Positions 1-13,908 of a stretch of 64,000 nt of DNA are shown one piece after another. This DNA comes from Azolla caroliniana. Taxonomy: Eukaryota; Plantae; Polypodiophyta. The notes under the pieces were generated by a model. That model searched no databases. It was not told the DNA's origin and worked only from the letters and a program-made list of their open reading frames with translations. A program made the position numbers and the translations under genes. The stretch is taken from contig JBHGNT010000035.1 of NCBI GenBank assembly GCA_043228905.1, positions 186,001 to 250,000 of the forward strand, read 5' to 3'. Every line of letters begins with the position of its first letter. Positions within the stretch are counted from its first letter, which is position 1.

Positions 1-178
1 ATTTTAATTTACCTACTTGCTCTTGTCAACTCCCACCTCAAATTTGCTAATTTCTTCATGTCGCTCGACCTGATTTTTAAAATCTTGATTTTTTAATTCC
101 AGATCATAGCTAGCGTTGTTAGCTTCGATTCGCATGTTTGAACACAGAAATCCGATATCACACGAGCCAGATATGAAC
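1..178 (+). repeat. Representative 178-bp monomer (arbitrary phase)
   Basis: 65/178 G+C and 7 CpGs. Contains EcoRV GATATC, NheI GCTAGC, two AluI AGCT sites, the palindrome CAAATTTG (39-46) and A/T tracts at 74-82 and 89-98. Confidence 0.98.
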
Positions 179-1602
179 ATTTTAATTTACCTACTTGCTC
201 TTGTCAACTCCCACCTCAAATTTGCTAATTTGTTCATGTCGCTCGACCTGATTTTTAAAATCTTGATTTTTTAATTCCATATCATAGCTAGCGTTGTTAG
301 CTTCGATTCGCATGTTTGAACACAAAAATCCGATATCACACGAGCCAGATATGAACATTTTAATTTACCTACTTACTCTTGTCAACTCCCGCCTCAAATT
401 TGCTAATTTCTTCATGTCTCTCGACGTGAGTGTCCAAATCTTGATTTTTTAATTCCATATCATAGCAAGCGTTGTTAGCTTCAATTCGCATGTTTGAACA
501 CAGAAATCCGATATCACACGAGCCAAATATGAACATTTTAATTTACCTACTTGCTCTTGTCAACTCCCACCTCAAATTTGCTAATTTCTTCATGTCTCTC
601 GACGTGAGTGTCCAAATCTTGATTTTTTAATTCCATATCATAGCAAGCGTTGTTAGCTTCAATTCGCATGTTTGAACACAGAAATCCGATATCACACGAG
701 CCAAATATGAACATTTTAATTTACCTACTTGCTCTTGTCAACTCCCACCTCAAATTTGCTAATTTCTTCATGTCGCTGGACCTGAGTTTTAAAATCTTGA
801 TTTTTTAATTCCATATCATAGCTAGCGTTGTTAGCTTCAATTCGCATGTTTGAACACAAAAATCCGATATCACACGAGCCAGATATGAACATTTTAATTT
901 ACCTACTTGCTCTTGTCAACTCCCACCTCAAATTTGCTAATTTCTTCATGTCGCTCGACCTGATTTTTAAAATATTGATTTTTTAATACCAGATCATAGC
1001 TAGCGTTGTTAGCTTCGATTCGCATGTTTGAACACAAAAATCCGATATCACACGAGCCAGATATGAACATTTTAATTTACCTACTTACTCTTGTCAACTC
1101 CTGCCTCAAATTTGCTAATTTCTTCATGTCTCTCGACGTGAGTGTCGAAATCTTGATTTTTTAATTCCATATCATAGCAAGCGTTGTTAGCTTCGATTTG
1201 CAGGTTTGAACACAGAAATCCGATATCACACGAGCCAGATATGAACATTTTAATTTACCTACTTGCTCTTGTCAACTCAGACCTCAAATTTGCTAATTTC
1301 TTCATGTCGCTCGACCTGAGTTTTAAAATCTTGATTTTTTAATTCCATATCATAGCTAGCGTTGTTAGCTTCAATTCGCATGTTTGAACACAGAAATCTG
1401 ATATCACACGAGCCAGATATGAACATTTTAATTTACCTACTTGCTCTTGTCAACTCCCACCTCAAATTTGCTAATTTCTTCATGTCGCTCGACCTGATTT
1501 TTAAAATCTTGATTTTTTAATTCCATATCATAGCTAGCGTTGTTAGCTTCGATTCGCATGTTTGAACACAAAAATCCGATATCACACGAGCCAGATATGA
1601 AC

Positions 1603-2668
1603 ATTTTAATTTACCTACTTACTCTTGTCAACTCCTGCCTCAAATTTGCTAATTTCTTCATGTCTCTCGACTTGAGTGTCCAGATGTTGATTTTTTAATT
1701 CCATATCATAGCAAGCGTTGTTAGCTTCAATTCGCATGTTTGAACACAGAAATACGATATCACACGAGCCAGATATGAACATTTTAATTTACCTACTTGC
1801 TCTTGTCAACTCCCACCTCAAATTTGCTAATTTCTTCATGTCGCTCGACCTGAGTTTTAAAACTTGATTTTTTAATTCCATATCATAGCTAGCGTTGTTA
1901 GCTTCCATTCGCATGTTTGAACACAGAAATCCGATAACACACGAGCCAGATATGAACATTTTAATTTACCTACTTGCTCTTGTCAACTCCCACCTCAAAT
2001 TTGCTAATTTCTTCATGTCGCTCGACCTGATTTTTAAAATTTTGATTTTTTAATTCCATATCATAGCTAGCGTTGTTAGCTTCGATTCGCATGTTTGAAC
2101 ACAAAAATCCGATATCACACGAGCCAGATATGAACATTTTAATTTACCTACTTACTCTTGTCAACTCCTGCCTCAAATTTGCTAATTTCTTCATGTCTCT
2201 CGACTTGAGTGTCCAGATGTTGATTTTTTAATTCCATATCATAGCAAGCGTTGTTAGCTTCAATTCGCATGTTTGAACACAGAAATACGATATCACACGA
2301 GCCAGATATGAACATTTTAATTTACCTACTTGCTCTTGTCAACTCCCACCTCAAATTTGCTAATTTCTTCATGTCGCTCGACCTGAGTTTTAAAACTTGA
2401 TTTTTTAATTCCATATCATAGCTAGCGTTGTTAGCTTCCATTCGCATGTTTGAACACAGAAATCCGATAACACACGAGCCAGATATGAACATTTTAATTT
2501 ACCTACTTGCTCTTGTCAACTCCCACCTCAAATTTGCTAATTTCTTCATGTCGCTCGACCTGATTTTTAAAATTTTGATTTTTTAATTCCATATCATAGC
2601 TAGCGTTGTTAGCTTCCATTCGCATGTTTGAACACAGAAATCCGATATCACACGAGCCAGATATGAAC
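1603..2668 (+). repeat. 3-monomer (533 bp) tandem duplication
   Basis: The order CTTGAGTGTCCAGATGTTG/AAATACGA monomer, 177-bp monomer with GATAAC, AAAATTTTG monomer occurs twice, 533 bp apart. Confidence 0.9.
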
Positions 2669-2846
2669 ATTTTAATTTACCTACTTGCTCTTGTCAACTC
2701 CCACCTCAAATTTGCTAATTTCTTCATGTCGCTCGACGTGGGTTTCAAAATCTTGACTTTTTAATTCCATATCATAGCTAGCGTTGTTAGCTTCAATTCG
2801 CATGTTTGAACACAGAAATCCGATATCACACGAGCCAGATATGAAC

Positions 2847-2974
2847 ATTTTAATTTACCTACTTACTCTTGTCAACTCCTGCCTCAAATTAATTCCATAT
2901 CATAGCTAGCGTTGATAGCTTCAATTCGCATGTTTGAACACAGAAATCCGATATCACACGAGCCAGATATGAAC
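2847..2974 (+). repeat. 128-bp deleted monomer (copy 1)
   Basis: Junction CTCAAATT|AATTCC at 2890/2891; monomer positions 45-94 are missing; carries GTTGATAG. Confidence 0.95.
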
Positions 2975-3507
2975 ATTTTAATTTACCTACTTGCTCTTGT
3001 CAACTCCCACCTCAAATTTGCTAATTTGTTCATGTCTCTCGACTTGAGTGTCCAGATGTTGATTTTTTAATTCCATATCATAGCAAGCGTTGTTAGCTTC
3101 AATTCGCATGTTTGAACACAGAAATACGATATCACACGAGCCAGATATGAACATTTTAATTTACCTACTTGCTCTTGTCAACTCCCACCTCAAATTTGCT
3201 AATTTCTTCATGTCGCTCGACCTGAGTTTTAAAACTTGATTTTTTAATTCCATATCATAGCTAGCGTTGTTAGCTTCCATTCGCATGTTTGAACACAGAA
3301 ATCCGATAACACACGAGCCAGATATGAACATTTTAATTTACCTACTTGCTCTTGTCAACTCCCACCTCAAATTTGCTAATTTCTTCATGTCGCTCGACCT
3401 GATTTTTAAAATTTTGATTTTTTAATTCCATATCATAGCTAGCGTTGTTAGCTTCCATTCGCATGTTTGAACACAGAAATCCGATATCACACGAGCCAGA
3501 TATGAAC

Positions 3508-3635
3508 ATTTTAATTTACCTACTTACTCTTGTCAACTCCTGCCTCAAATTAATTCCATATCATAGCTAGCGTTGATAGCTTCAATTCGCATGTTTGAAC
3601 ACAGAAATCCGATATCACACGAGCCAGATATGAAC
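3508..3635 (+). repeat. 128-bp deleted monomer (copy 2)
   Basis: Same junction at 3551/3552, 661 bp after copy 1. Confidence 0.95.
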
Positions 3636-6600
3636 ATTTTAATTTACCTACTTGCTCTTGTCAACTCCCACCTCAAATTTGCTAATTTCTTCATGTCGCT
3701 CGACGTGGGTTTCAAAATCTTGACTTTTTAATTCCATATCATAGCTAGCGTTGTTAGCTTCAATTCGCATGTTTGAACACAGAAATCCGATATCACACGA
3801 GCCAGATATGAACATTTTAATTTACCTACTTGCTCTTGTCAACTCCCACCTCAAATTTGCTAATTTGTTCATGTCGCTCGACCTGATTTTTAAAATCTTG
3901 ATTTTTTAATTCCATATCATAGCTAGCGTTGTTAGCTTCGATTCGCATGTTTGAACACAAAAATCCGATATCACACGAGCCAGATATGAACATTTTAATT
4001 TACCTACTTACTCTTGTCAACTCCCGCCTCAAATTTGCTAATTTCTTCATGTCTCTCAACGTGAGTGTCCAAATCTTGATTTTTTAATTCCATATCATAG
4101 CAAGCGTTGTTAGCTTCAATTCGCATGTTTGAACACAGAAATCCGATATCACACGAGCCAAATATGAACATTTTAATTTACCTACTTGCTCTTGTCAACT
4201 CCCACCTCAAATTTGCTAATTTCTTCATGTCTCTCGACGTGAGTGTCCAAATCTTGACTTTTTAATTCCATATCATAGCTAGCGTTGTTAGCTTCAATTC
4301 GCATGTTTGAACACAAAAATCCGATATCACACGAGCCAGATATGAACATTTTAATTTACCTACTTGCTCTTGTCAACTCCCACCTCAAATTTGCTAATTT
4401 CTTCATGTCGCTCGACCTGATTTTTAAAATTTTGATTTTTTAATTCCAGATCATAGCTAGCGTTGTTAGCTTCGATTCGCATGTTTGAACACAAAAATCC
4501 GATATCACACGAGCCAGATATGAACATTTTAATTTACCTACTTACTCTTGTCAACTCCTGCCTCAAATTTGCTAATTTCTTCATGTCTCTCGACTTGAGT
4601 GTCCAGATGTTCATTTTTTAATTCCATATCATAGCAAGCGTTGTTAGCTTCAATTCGCATGTTTGAACACAGAAATCCGATATCACACGAGCCAGATATG
4701 AACATTTTAATTTACCTACTTGCTCTTGTCAACTCCCACCTCAAATTTGCTAATTTCTTCATGTCGCTCGACCTGAGTTTTAAAATCTTGATTTTTTAAT
4801 TCCATATCATAACTAGCGTTGTTAGCTTCAATTCGCATGTTTGAACACAAAAATCCGATATCACACGAGCCAGATATGAACATTTTAATTTACCTACTTA
4901 CTCTTGTCAACTCCCGCCTCAAATTTGCTAATTTCTTCATGTCGCTCGACGTGGGTTTCAAAATCTTGACTTTTTAATTCCATATCATAGCTAGCGTTGT
5001 TAGCTTCAATTCGCATGTTTGAACACAGAAATCCGATATCACACGAGCCAGATATGAACATTTTAATTTACCTACTTGCTCTTGTCAACTCCCACCTCAA
5101 ATTTGCTAATTTCTTCATGTCGCTCGACCTGATTTTTAAAATCTTGATTTTTTAATTCCATATCATAGCTACCGTTGTTAGCTTCGATTCGCATGTTTGA
5201 ACACAAAAATCCGATATCACACGAGCCAGATATGAACATTTTAATTTACCTACTTACTCTTGTCAACTCCCGCCTCAAATTTGCTAATTTCTTCATGTCT
5301 CTCGACGTGAGTGTCGAAATCTTGATTTTTTAATTCCATATCATAGCAAGCGTTGTTAGCTTCGATTTGCAGGTTTGAACACAGAAATCCGATATCACAC
5401 GAGCCAGATATGAACATTTTAATTTACCTACTTACTCTTGTCAACTCCTGCCTCAAATTTGCTAATTTCTTCATGTCGCTCGACGTGGGTTTCAAAATCT
5501 TGAATTTTTAATTCCATATCATAGCTAGCGTTGTTAGCTTCAATTCGCATGTTTGAACACAGAAATCCGATATCACACGAGCCAGATATGAACATTTTAA
5601 TTTACCTACTTGCTCTTGTCAACTCCCACCTCAAATTTGCTAATTTGTTCATGTCGCTCGACCTGATTTTTAAAATCTTGATTTTTTAATTCCATATCAT
5701 AGCTAGCGTTGTTAGCTTCGATTCGCATGTTTGAACACAAAAATCCGATATCACACGAGCCAGATATGAACATTTTAATTTACCTACTTACTCTTGTCAA
5801 CTCCCGCCTCAAATTTGCTAATTTCTTCATGTCTCTCGACGTGAGTGTCCAAATCTTGATTTTTTAATTCCATATCATAGCAAGCGTTGTTAGCTTCAAT
5901 TCGCATGTTTGAGCACAGAAATCCGATATCACACGAGCCAAATATGAAAATTTTAATTTACCTACTTGCTCTTGTCAACTCCCACCTCAAATTTGCTAAT
6001 TTCTTCATGTCTCTCGACGTGAGTGTCCAAATCTTGATTTTTTAATTCCATATCATAGCTAGCGTTGTTAGCTTCAATTCGCATGTTTGAACACAGAAAT
6101 CCGATATCACACGAGCCAAATATGAACATTTTAATTTACCTACTTGCTCTTGTCAACTCCCACCTCAAATTTGCTAATTTCTTCATGTCGCTGGACCTGA
6201 GTTTTAAAATCTTGATTTTTTAATTCCATATCATAGCTAGCGTTGTTAGCTTCAATTCGCATGTTTGAACACAAAAATCCGATATCACACGAGCCAGATA
6301 TGAACATTTTAATTTACCTACTTGCTCTTGTCAACTCCCACCTCAAATTTGCTAATTTCTTCATGTCGCTCGACCTGATTTTTAAAATCTTGATTTTTTA
6401 ATTCCAGATCATAGCTAGCGTTGTTAGCTTCGATTCGCATGTTTGAACACAAAAATCCGATATCACACGAGCCAGATATGAACATTTTAATTTACCTACT
6501 TACTCTTGTCAACTCCTGCCTCAAATTTGCTAATTTCTTCATGTCTCTCGACGTGAGTGTCGAAATCTTGATTTTTTAATTCCATATCATAGCAAGCGTT

Positions 6601-9331
6601 GTTAGCTTCGATTTGCAGGTTTGAACACAGAAATCCGATATCACACGAGCCAGATATGAACATTTTAATTTACCTACTTGCTCTTGTCAACTCAGACCTC
6701 AAATTTGCTAATTTCTTCATGTCGCTCGACCTGAGTTTTAAAATCTTGATTTTTTAATTCCATATCATAGCTAGCGTTGTTAGCTTCAATTCGCATGTTT
6801 GAACACAGAAATCCGATATCACACGAGCCAGATATGAACATTTTAATTTACCTACTTGCTCTTGTCAACTCCCACCTCAAATTTGCTAATTTCTTCATGT
6901 CGCTCGACCTGAGTTTTAAAATCTTGATTTTTTAATTCCATATCATAGCTAGCGTTGTTAGCTTCGATTCGCATGTTTGAACACAAAAATCCGATATCAC
7001 ACGAGCCAGATATGAACATTTTAATTTACCTACTTGCTCTTGTCAACTCCCACCTCAAATTTGCTAATTTCTTCATGTCGCTCGACCTGATTTTTAAAAT
7101 CTTGATTTTTTAATTCCAGATCATAGCTAGCGTTGTTAGCTTCGATTCGCATGTTTGAACACAGAAATCCGATATCACACGAGCCAGATATGAACATTTT
7201 AATTTACCTACTTGCTCTTGTCAACTCCCACCTCAAATTTGCTAATTTCTTCATGTCGCTCGACCTGATTTCTAAAATCTTGATTTTTTAATTCCAGATC
7301 ATAGCTAGCGTTGTTAGCTTCCATTCGCATGTTTGAACACAGAAATCCGATATCACACGAGCCAGATATGAACATTTTAATTTACCTACTTGCTCTTGTC
7401 AACTCCCACCTCAAATTTGCTAATTTCTTCATGTCGCTCGACCTGAGTTTTAAAATCTTGATTTTTTAATTCCATATCATAGCTAGCGTTGTTAGCTTCA
7501 ATTCGCATGTTTGAACACAGAAATCCGATATCACACGAGCCAGATATGCACATTTTAATTTACCTACTTGCTCTTGTCAACTCCCACCTCAAATTTGCTA
7601 ATTTCTTCATGTCGCTCGACCTGAGTTTTAAAATCTTAATTTTTTAATTCCATATCATAGCTAGCGTTGTTAGCTTCGATTCGCATGTTTGAACACAAAA
7701 ATCCGATATCACACGAGCCAGATATGAACATTTTAATTTACCTACTTGCTCTTGTCAACTCCCACCTCAAATTTGCTAATTTCTTCATGTCGCTCGACCT
7801 GATTTTTAAAATCTTGATTTTTTAATTCCATATCATAGCTAGCGTTGTTAGCTTCGATTCGCATGTTTGAACACAGAAATCCGATATCACACGAGCCAGA
7901 TATGAACATTTTAATTTACCTACTTGCTCTTGTCAACTCCCACCTCAAATTTGCTAATTTCTTCATGTCGCTCGACCTGATTTCTAAAATCTTGATTTTT
8001 TAATTCCAGATCATAGCTAGCGTTGTTAGCTTCCATTCGCATGTTTGAACACAGAAATCCGATAACACACGAGCCAGATATGAACATTTTAATTTACCTA
8101 CTTGCTCTTGTCAACTCCCACCTCAAATTTGCTAATTTCTTCATGTCGCTCGACCTGGGTTTCAAAATCTTGATTTTTTAATTCCATATCATAGCTAGCG
8201 TTGTTAGCTTCGATTCGCATGTTTGAACACAGAAATTCGATATCACACGAGCCAGATATGAACATTTTAATTTACCTACTTGCTCTTGTCAACTCCCGCC
8301 TCAAATTTGCTAATTTCTTCATGTCGCTCGACCTGATTTTTAAAATCTTGATTTTTTAATTCCATATCATAGCTAGCGTTGTTAGCTTCGATTCGCATGT
8401 TTGAACACAGAAATCCGATATCACACGAGCCAGATATGAACATTTTAATTTACCTACTTGCTCTTGTCAACTCCCACCTCAAATTTGCTAATTTCTTCAT
8501 GTCGCTCGACCTGATTTTTAAAATCTTGATTTTTTAATTCCATATCATAGCTAGCGTTGTTAGCTTCGATTCGCATGTTTGAACACAGAAATCCGATATC
8601 ACACGAGCCAGATATGAACATTTTAATTTACCTACTTGCTCTTGTCAACTCCCACCTCAAATTTGCTAATTTCTTCATGTCGCTCGACCTGATTTTAAAA
8701 ATCTTGATTTTTTCATTCCATATCATCGCTAGCATTGTTAGCTTCGATTCGCATGTTTGAACACAGAAATCCGATATCACACGAGCCAGATATGAACATT
8801 TTAATTTACCTACTTGCTCTTGTCAACTCCCACCTCAAATTTGCTAATTTCTTCATGTCGCTCGACGTGGGTTTCAAAATCTTGATTTTTTAATTCCATA
8901 TCATAGCTAGCGTTGTTAGCTTCGATTCGCATGTTTGAACACAAAAATCCGATATCACACGAGCCAGATATGAACATTTTAATTTACCTACTTACTCTTG
9001 TCAACTCCCGCCTCAAATTTGCTAATTTCTTCATGTCGCTCGACGTGGGTTTCAAAATCTTGACTTTTTAATTCCATATCATAGCTAGCGTTGTTAGCTT
9101 CAATTCGCATGTTTGAACACAGAAATCCGATATCACACGAGCCAGATATGAACATTTTAATTTACCTACTTGCTCTTGTCAACTCCCACCTCAAATTTGC
9201 TAATTTCTTCATGTCGCTCGACCTGATTTCTAAAATCTTGATTTTTTAATTCCAGATCATAGCTAGCGTTGTTAGCTTCCATTCGCATGTTTGAACACAG
9301 AAATCCGATAACACACGAGCCAAATATGAAC

Positions 9332-11823
9332 ATTTTAATTTACCTACTTGCTCTTGTCAACTCCCACCTCAAATTTTCTAATTTCTTCATGTCGCTCGAC
9401 GTGGGTTTCAAAATCTTGATTTTTTAATTCCATATCATAGCTAGCGTTGTTAGCTTCGATTCGCATGTTTGAACACAAAAATCCGATATCACACGAGCCA
9501 GATATGAACATTTTAATTTACCTACTTACTCTTGTCAACTCCTGCCTCAAATTTGCTAATTTCTTCATGTCTCTCGACGTGAGTGTCGAAATCTTGATTT
9601 TTTAATTCCATATCATAGCAAGCGTTGTTAGCTTCGATTTGCAGGTTTGAACACAGAAATCCGATATCACACGAGCCAGATATGAACATTTTAATTTACC
9701 TACTTGCTCTTGTCAACTCAGACCTCAAATTTGCTAATTTCTTCATGTCGCTCGACCTGCGTTTTAAAATCTTGATTTTTTAATTCCATATCATAGCTAG
9801 CGTTGTTAGCTTCAATTCGCATGTTTGAACACAGAAATCCGATATCACACGAGCCAGATATGAACATTTTAATTTACCTACTTGCTCTTGTCAACTCCCA
9901 CCTCAAATTTGCTAATTTCTTCATGTCGCTCGACCTGATTTTTAAAATCTTGATTTTTTAATTCCATATCATAGCTAGCGTTGTTAGCTTCGATTCGCAT
10001 GTTTGAACACAAAAATCCGATATCACACGAGCCAGATATGAACATTTTAATTTACCTACTTACTCTTGTCAACTCCTGCCTCAAATTTGCTAATTTCTTC
10101 ATGTCTCTCGACTTGAGTGTCCAGATGTTGATTTTTTAATTCCATATCATAGCTAGCGTTGTTAGCTTCGATTCGCATGTTTGAACACAAAAATCCGATA
10201 TCACACGAGCCAGATATGAACATTTTAATTTACCTACTTGCTCTTGTCAACTCCCACCTCAAATTTGCTAATTTCTTCATGTCGCTCGACCTGATTTTTA
10301 AAATCTTGATTTTTTAATTCCAGATCATAGCTAGCGTTGTTAGCTTCGATTCGCATGTTTGAACACAGAAATCCGATATCACACGAGCCAGATATGAACA
10401 TTTTAATTTACCTACTTGCTCTTGTCAACTCCCACCTCAAATTTGCTAATTTGTTCATGTCGCTCGACCTGATTTTTAAAATCTTGATTTTTTCATTCCA
10501 TATCATCGCTAGCATTGTTAGCTTCGATTCGCATGTTTGAACACAGAAATCCGATATCACACGAGCCAGATATGAACATTTTAATTTACCTACTTGCTCT
10601 TGTCAACTCCCACCTCAAATTTTCTAATTTCTTCATGTCGCTCGACGTGGGTTTCAAAATCTTGATTTTTTAATTCCATATCATAGCTAGCGTTGTTAGC
10701 TTCGATTCGCATGTTTGAACACAAAAATCCGATATCACACGAGCCAGATATGAACATTTTAATTTACCTACTTACTCTTGTCAACTCCTGCCTCAAATTT
10801 GCTAATTTCTTCATGTCTCTCGACGTGAGTGTCGAAATCTTGATTTTTTAATTCCATATCATAGCAAGCGTTGTTAGCTTCGATTTGCAGGTTTGAACAC
10901 AGAAATCCGATATCACACGAGCCAGATATGAACATTTTAATTTACCTACTTGCTCTTGTCAACTCAGACCTCAAATTTGCTAATTTCTTCATGTCGCTCG
11001 ACCTGCGTTTTAAAATCTTGATTTTTTAATTCCATATCATAGCTAGCGTTGTTAGCTTCAATTCGCATGTTTGAACACAGAAATCCGATATCACACGAGC
11101 CAGATATGAACATTTTAATTTACCTACTTGCTCTTGTCAACTCCCACCTCAAATTTGCTAATTTCTTCATGTCGCTCGACCTGATTTTTAAAATCTTGAT
11201 TTTTTAATTCCATATCATAGCTAGCGTTGTTAGCTTCGATTCGCATGTTTGAACACAAAAATCCGATATCACACGAGCCAGATATGAACATTTTAATTTA
11301 CCTACTTACTCTTGTCAACTCCTGCCTCAAATTTGCTAATTTCTTCATGTCTCTCGACTTGAGTGTCCAGATGTTGATTTTTTAATTCCATATCATAGCT
11401 AGCGTTGTTAGCTTCGATTCGCATGTTTGAACACAAAAATCCGATATCACACGAGCCAGATATGAACATTTTAATTTACCTACTTGCTCTTGTCAACTCC
11501 CACCTCAAATTTGCTAATTTCTTCATGTCGCTCGACCTGATTTTTAAAATCTTGATTTTTTAATTCCAGATCATAGCTAGCGTTGTTAGCTTCGATTCGC
11601 ATGTTTGAACACAGAAATCCGATATCACACGAGCCAGATATGAACATTTTAATTTACCTACTTGCTCTTGTCAACTCCCACCTCAAATTTGCTAATTTGT
11701 TCATGTCGCTCGACCTGATTTTTAAAATCTTGATTTTTTAATTCCATATCATAGCTAGCGTTGTTAGCTTCGATTCGCATGTTTGAACACAAAAATCCGA
11801 TATCACACGAGCCAGATATGAAC
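9332..11823 (+). repeat. 7-monomer (1246 bp) higher-order tandem duplication
   Basis: The rare markers AAATTTTCT (9377/10623), CTCAGACC and CCTGCGTTTT (9759/11005) all recur at +1246. Confidence 0.9.
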
Positions 11824-13780
11824 ATTTTAATTTACCTACTTACTCTTGTCAACTCCTGCCTCAAATTTGCTAATTTCTTCATGTCTCTCGACTTGAGTGT
11901 CCAGATGTTGATTTTTTAATTCCATATCATAGCAAGCGTTGTTAGCTTCAATTCGCATGTTTGAATACAGAAATACGATATCACACGAGCCAAATATGAA
12001 CATTTTAATTTACCTACTTGCTCTTGTCAACTCCCACCTCAAATTTGCTAATTTCTTCATGTCTCTCGACGTGAGTGTCCAAATCTTGATTTTTTAATTC
12101 CATATCATAGCAAGCGTTGTTAGCTTCAATTCGCATGTTTGAACACAGAAATCCGATATCACACGAGCCAAATATGAACATTTTAATTTACCTACTTGCT
12201 CTTGTCAACTCCCACCTCAAATTTGCTAATTTCTTCATGTCGCTGGACCTGAGTTTTAAAATCTTGATTTTTTAATTCCATATCATAGCTAGCGTTGTTA
12301 GCTTCAATTCGCATGTTTGAACACAAAAATCCGATATCACACGAGCCAGATATGAACATTTTAATTTACCTACTTGCTCTTGTCAACTCCCACCTCAAAT
12401 TTGCTAATTTCTTCATGTCGCTCGACCTGATTTTTAAAATCTTGATTTTTTAATTCCAGATCATAGCTAGCGTTGTTAGCTTCGATTCGCATGTTTGAAC
12501 ACAAAAATCCGATATCACACGAGCCAGATATGAACATTTTAATTTACCTACTTACTCTTGTCAACTCCTGCCTCAAATTTGCTAATTTCTTCATGTCTCT
12601 CGACGTGAGTGTCGAAATCTTGATTTTTTAATTCCATATCATAGCAAGCGTTGTTAGCTTCGATTTGCAGGTTTGAACACAGAAATCCGATATCACACGA
12701 GCCAGATATGAACATTTTAATTTACCTACTTGCTCTTGTCAACTCAGACCTCAAATTTGCTAATTTCTTCATGTCGCTCGACCTGAGTTTTAAAATCTTG
12801 ATTTTTTAATTCCATATCATAGCTAGCGTTGTTAGCTTCAATTCGCATGTTTGAACACAGAAATCTGATATCACACGAGCCAGATATGAACATTTTAATT
12901 TACCTACTTGCTCTTGTCAACTCCCACCTCAAATTTGCTAATTTCTTCATGTCGCTCGACCTGATTTTTAAAATCTTGATTTTTTAATTCCATATCATAG
13001 CTAGCGTTGTTAGCTTCGATTCGCATGTTTGAACACAAAAATCCGATATCACACGAGCCAGATATGAACATTTTAATTTACCTACTTACTCTTGTCAACT
13101 CCTGCCTCAAATTTGCTAATTTCTTCATGTCTCTCGACTTGAGTGTCCAGATGTTGATTTTTTAATTCCATATCATAGCAAGCGTTGTTAGCTTCAATTC
13201 GCATGTTTGAACACAGAAATACGATATCACACGAGCCAGATATGAACATTTTAATTTACCTACTTGCTCTTGTCAACTCCCACCTCCAATTTGCTAATTT
13301 CTTCATGTCGCTCGACCTGAGTTTTAAAACTTGATTTTTTAATTCCATATCATAGCTAGCGTTGTTAGCTTCCATTCGCATGTTTGAACACAGAAATCCG
13401 ATAACACACGAGCCAGATATGAACATTTTAATTTACCTACTTGCTCTTGTCAACTCCCACCTCAAATTTGCTAATTTCTTCATGTCGCTCGACCTGATTT
13501 TTAAAATTTTGATTTTTTAATTCCATATCATAGCTAGCGTTGTTAGCTTCCATTCGCATGTTTGAACACAAAAATCCGATATCACACGAGCCAGATATGA
13601 ACATTTTAATTTACCTACTTGCTCTTGTCAACTCCCACCTCAAATTTGCTAATTTCTTCATGTCGCTCGACGTGGGTTTCAAAATCTTGACTTTTTAATT
13701 CCATATCATAGCTAGCGTTGTTAGCTTCAATTCGCATGTTTGAACACAGAAATCCGATATCACACGAGCCAGATATGAAC

Positions 13781-13908
13781 ATTTTAATTTACCTACTTAC
13801 TCTTGTCAACTCCTGCCTCAAATTAATTCCATATCATAGCTAGCGTTGATAGCTTCAATTCGCATGTTTGAACACAGAAATCCGATATCACACGAGCCAG
13901 ATATGAAC
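13781..13908 (+). repeat. 128-bp deleted monomer (copy 3)
   Basis: Junction at 13824/13825, with GTTGATAG. Confidence 0.95.

Noticed and set aside
39-98. Short dyads (CAAATTTG, GATTTT-T-AAAATC) as terminators or cruciforms
   Set aside because: The stems are only 4-6 bp and AT-rich, which is expected by chance. No function can be supported.
123-139. CENP-B box-like motif at CTTCGATTCGCATGTTT
   Set aside because: Only TTCG matches. The required A and CGGG of NTTCGNNNNANNCGGGN are absent.
1-178. Identity with Arabidopsis CEN178, alpha satellite, 5S rDNA, tRNA or telomeric repeats
   Set aside because: Only the length is similar to CEN178. I saw no recognisable sequence match, Pol III boxes, cloverleaf or TTTAGGG/TTAGGG arrays. 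This was judged from memory, not by a search.
8557-10540. 67-aa ORFs at 8557-8760 and 10337-10540 (MLASIRMFEHRNP...)
   Set aside because: They are translations of the satellite, opened by a TAA>TCA change at monomer position 95. They start at TTG and resemble no protein I know. Because 178 is not a multiple of 3, the frame shifts every monomer.
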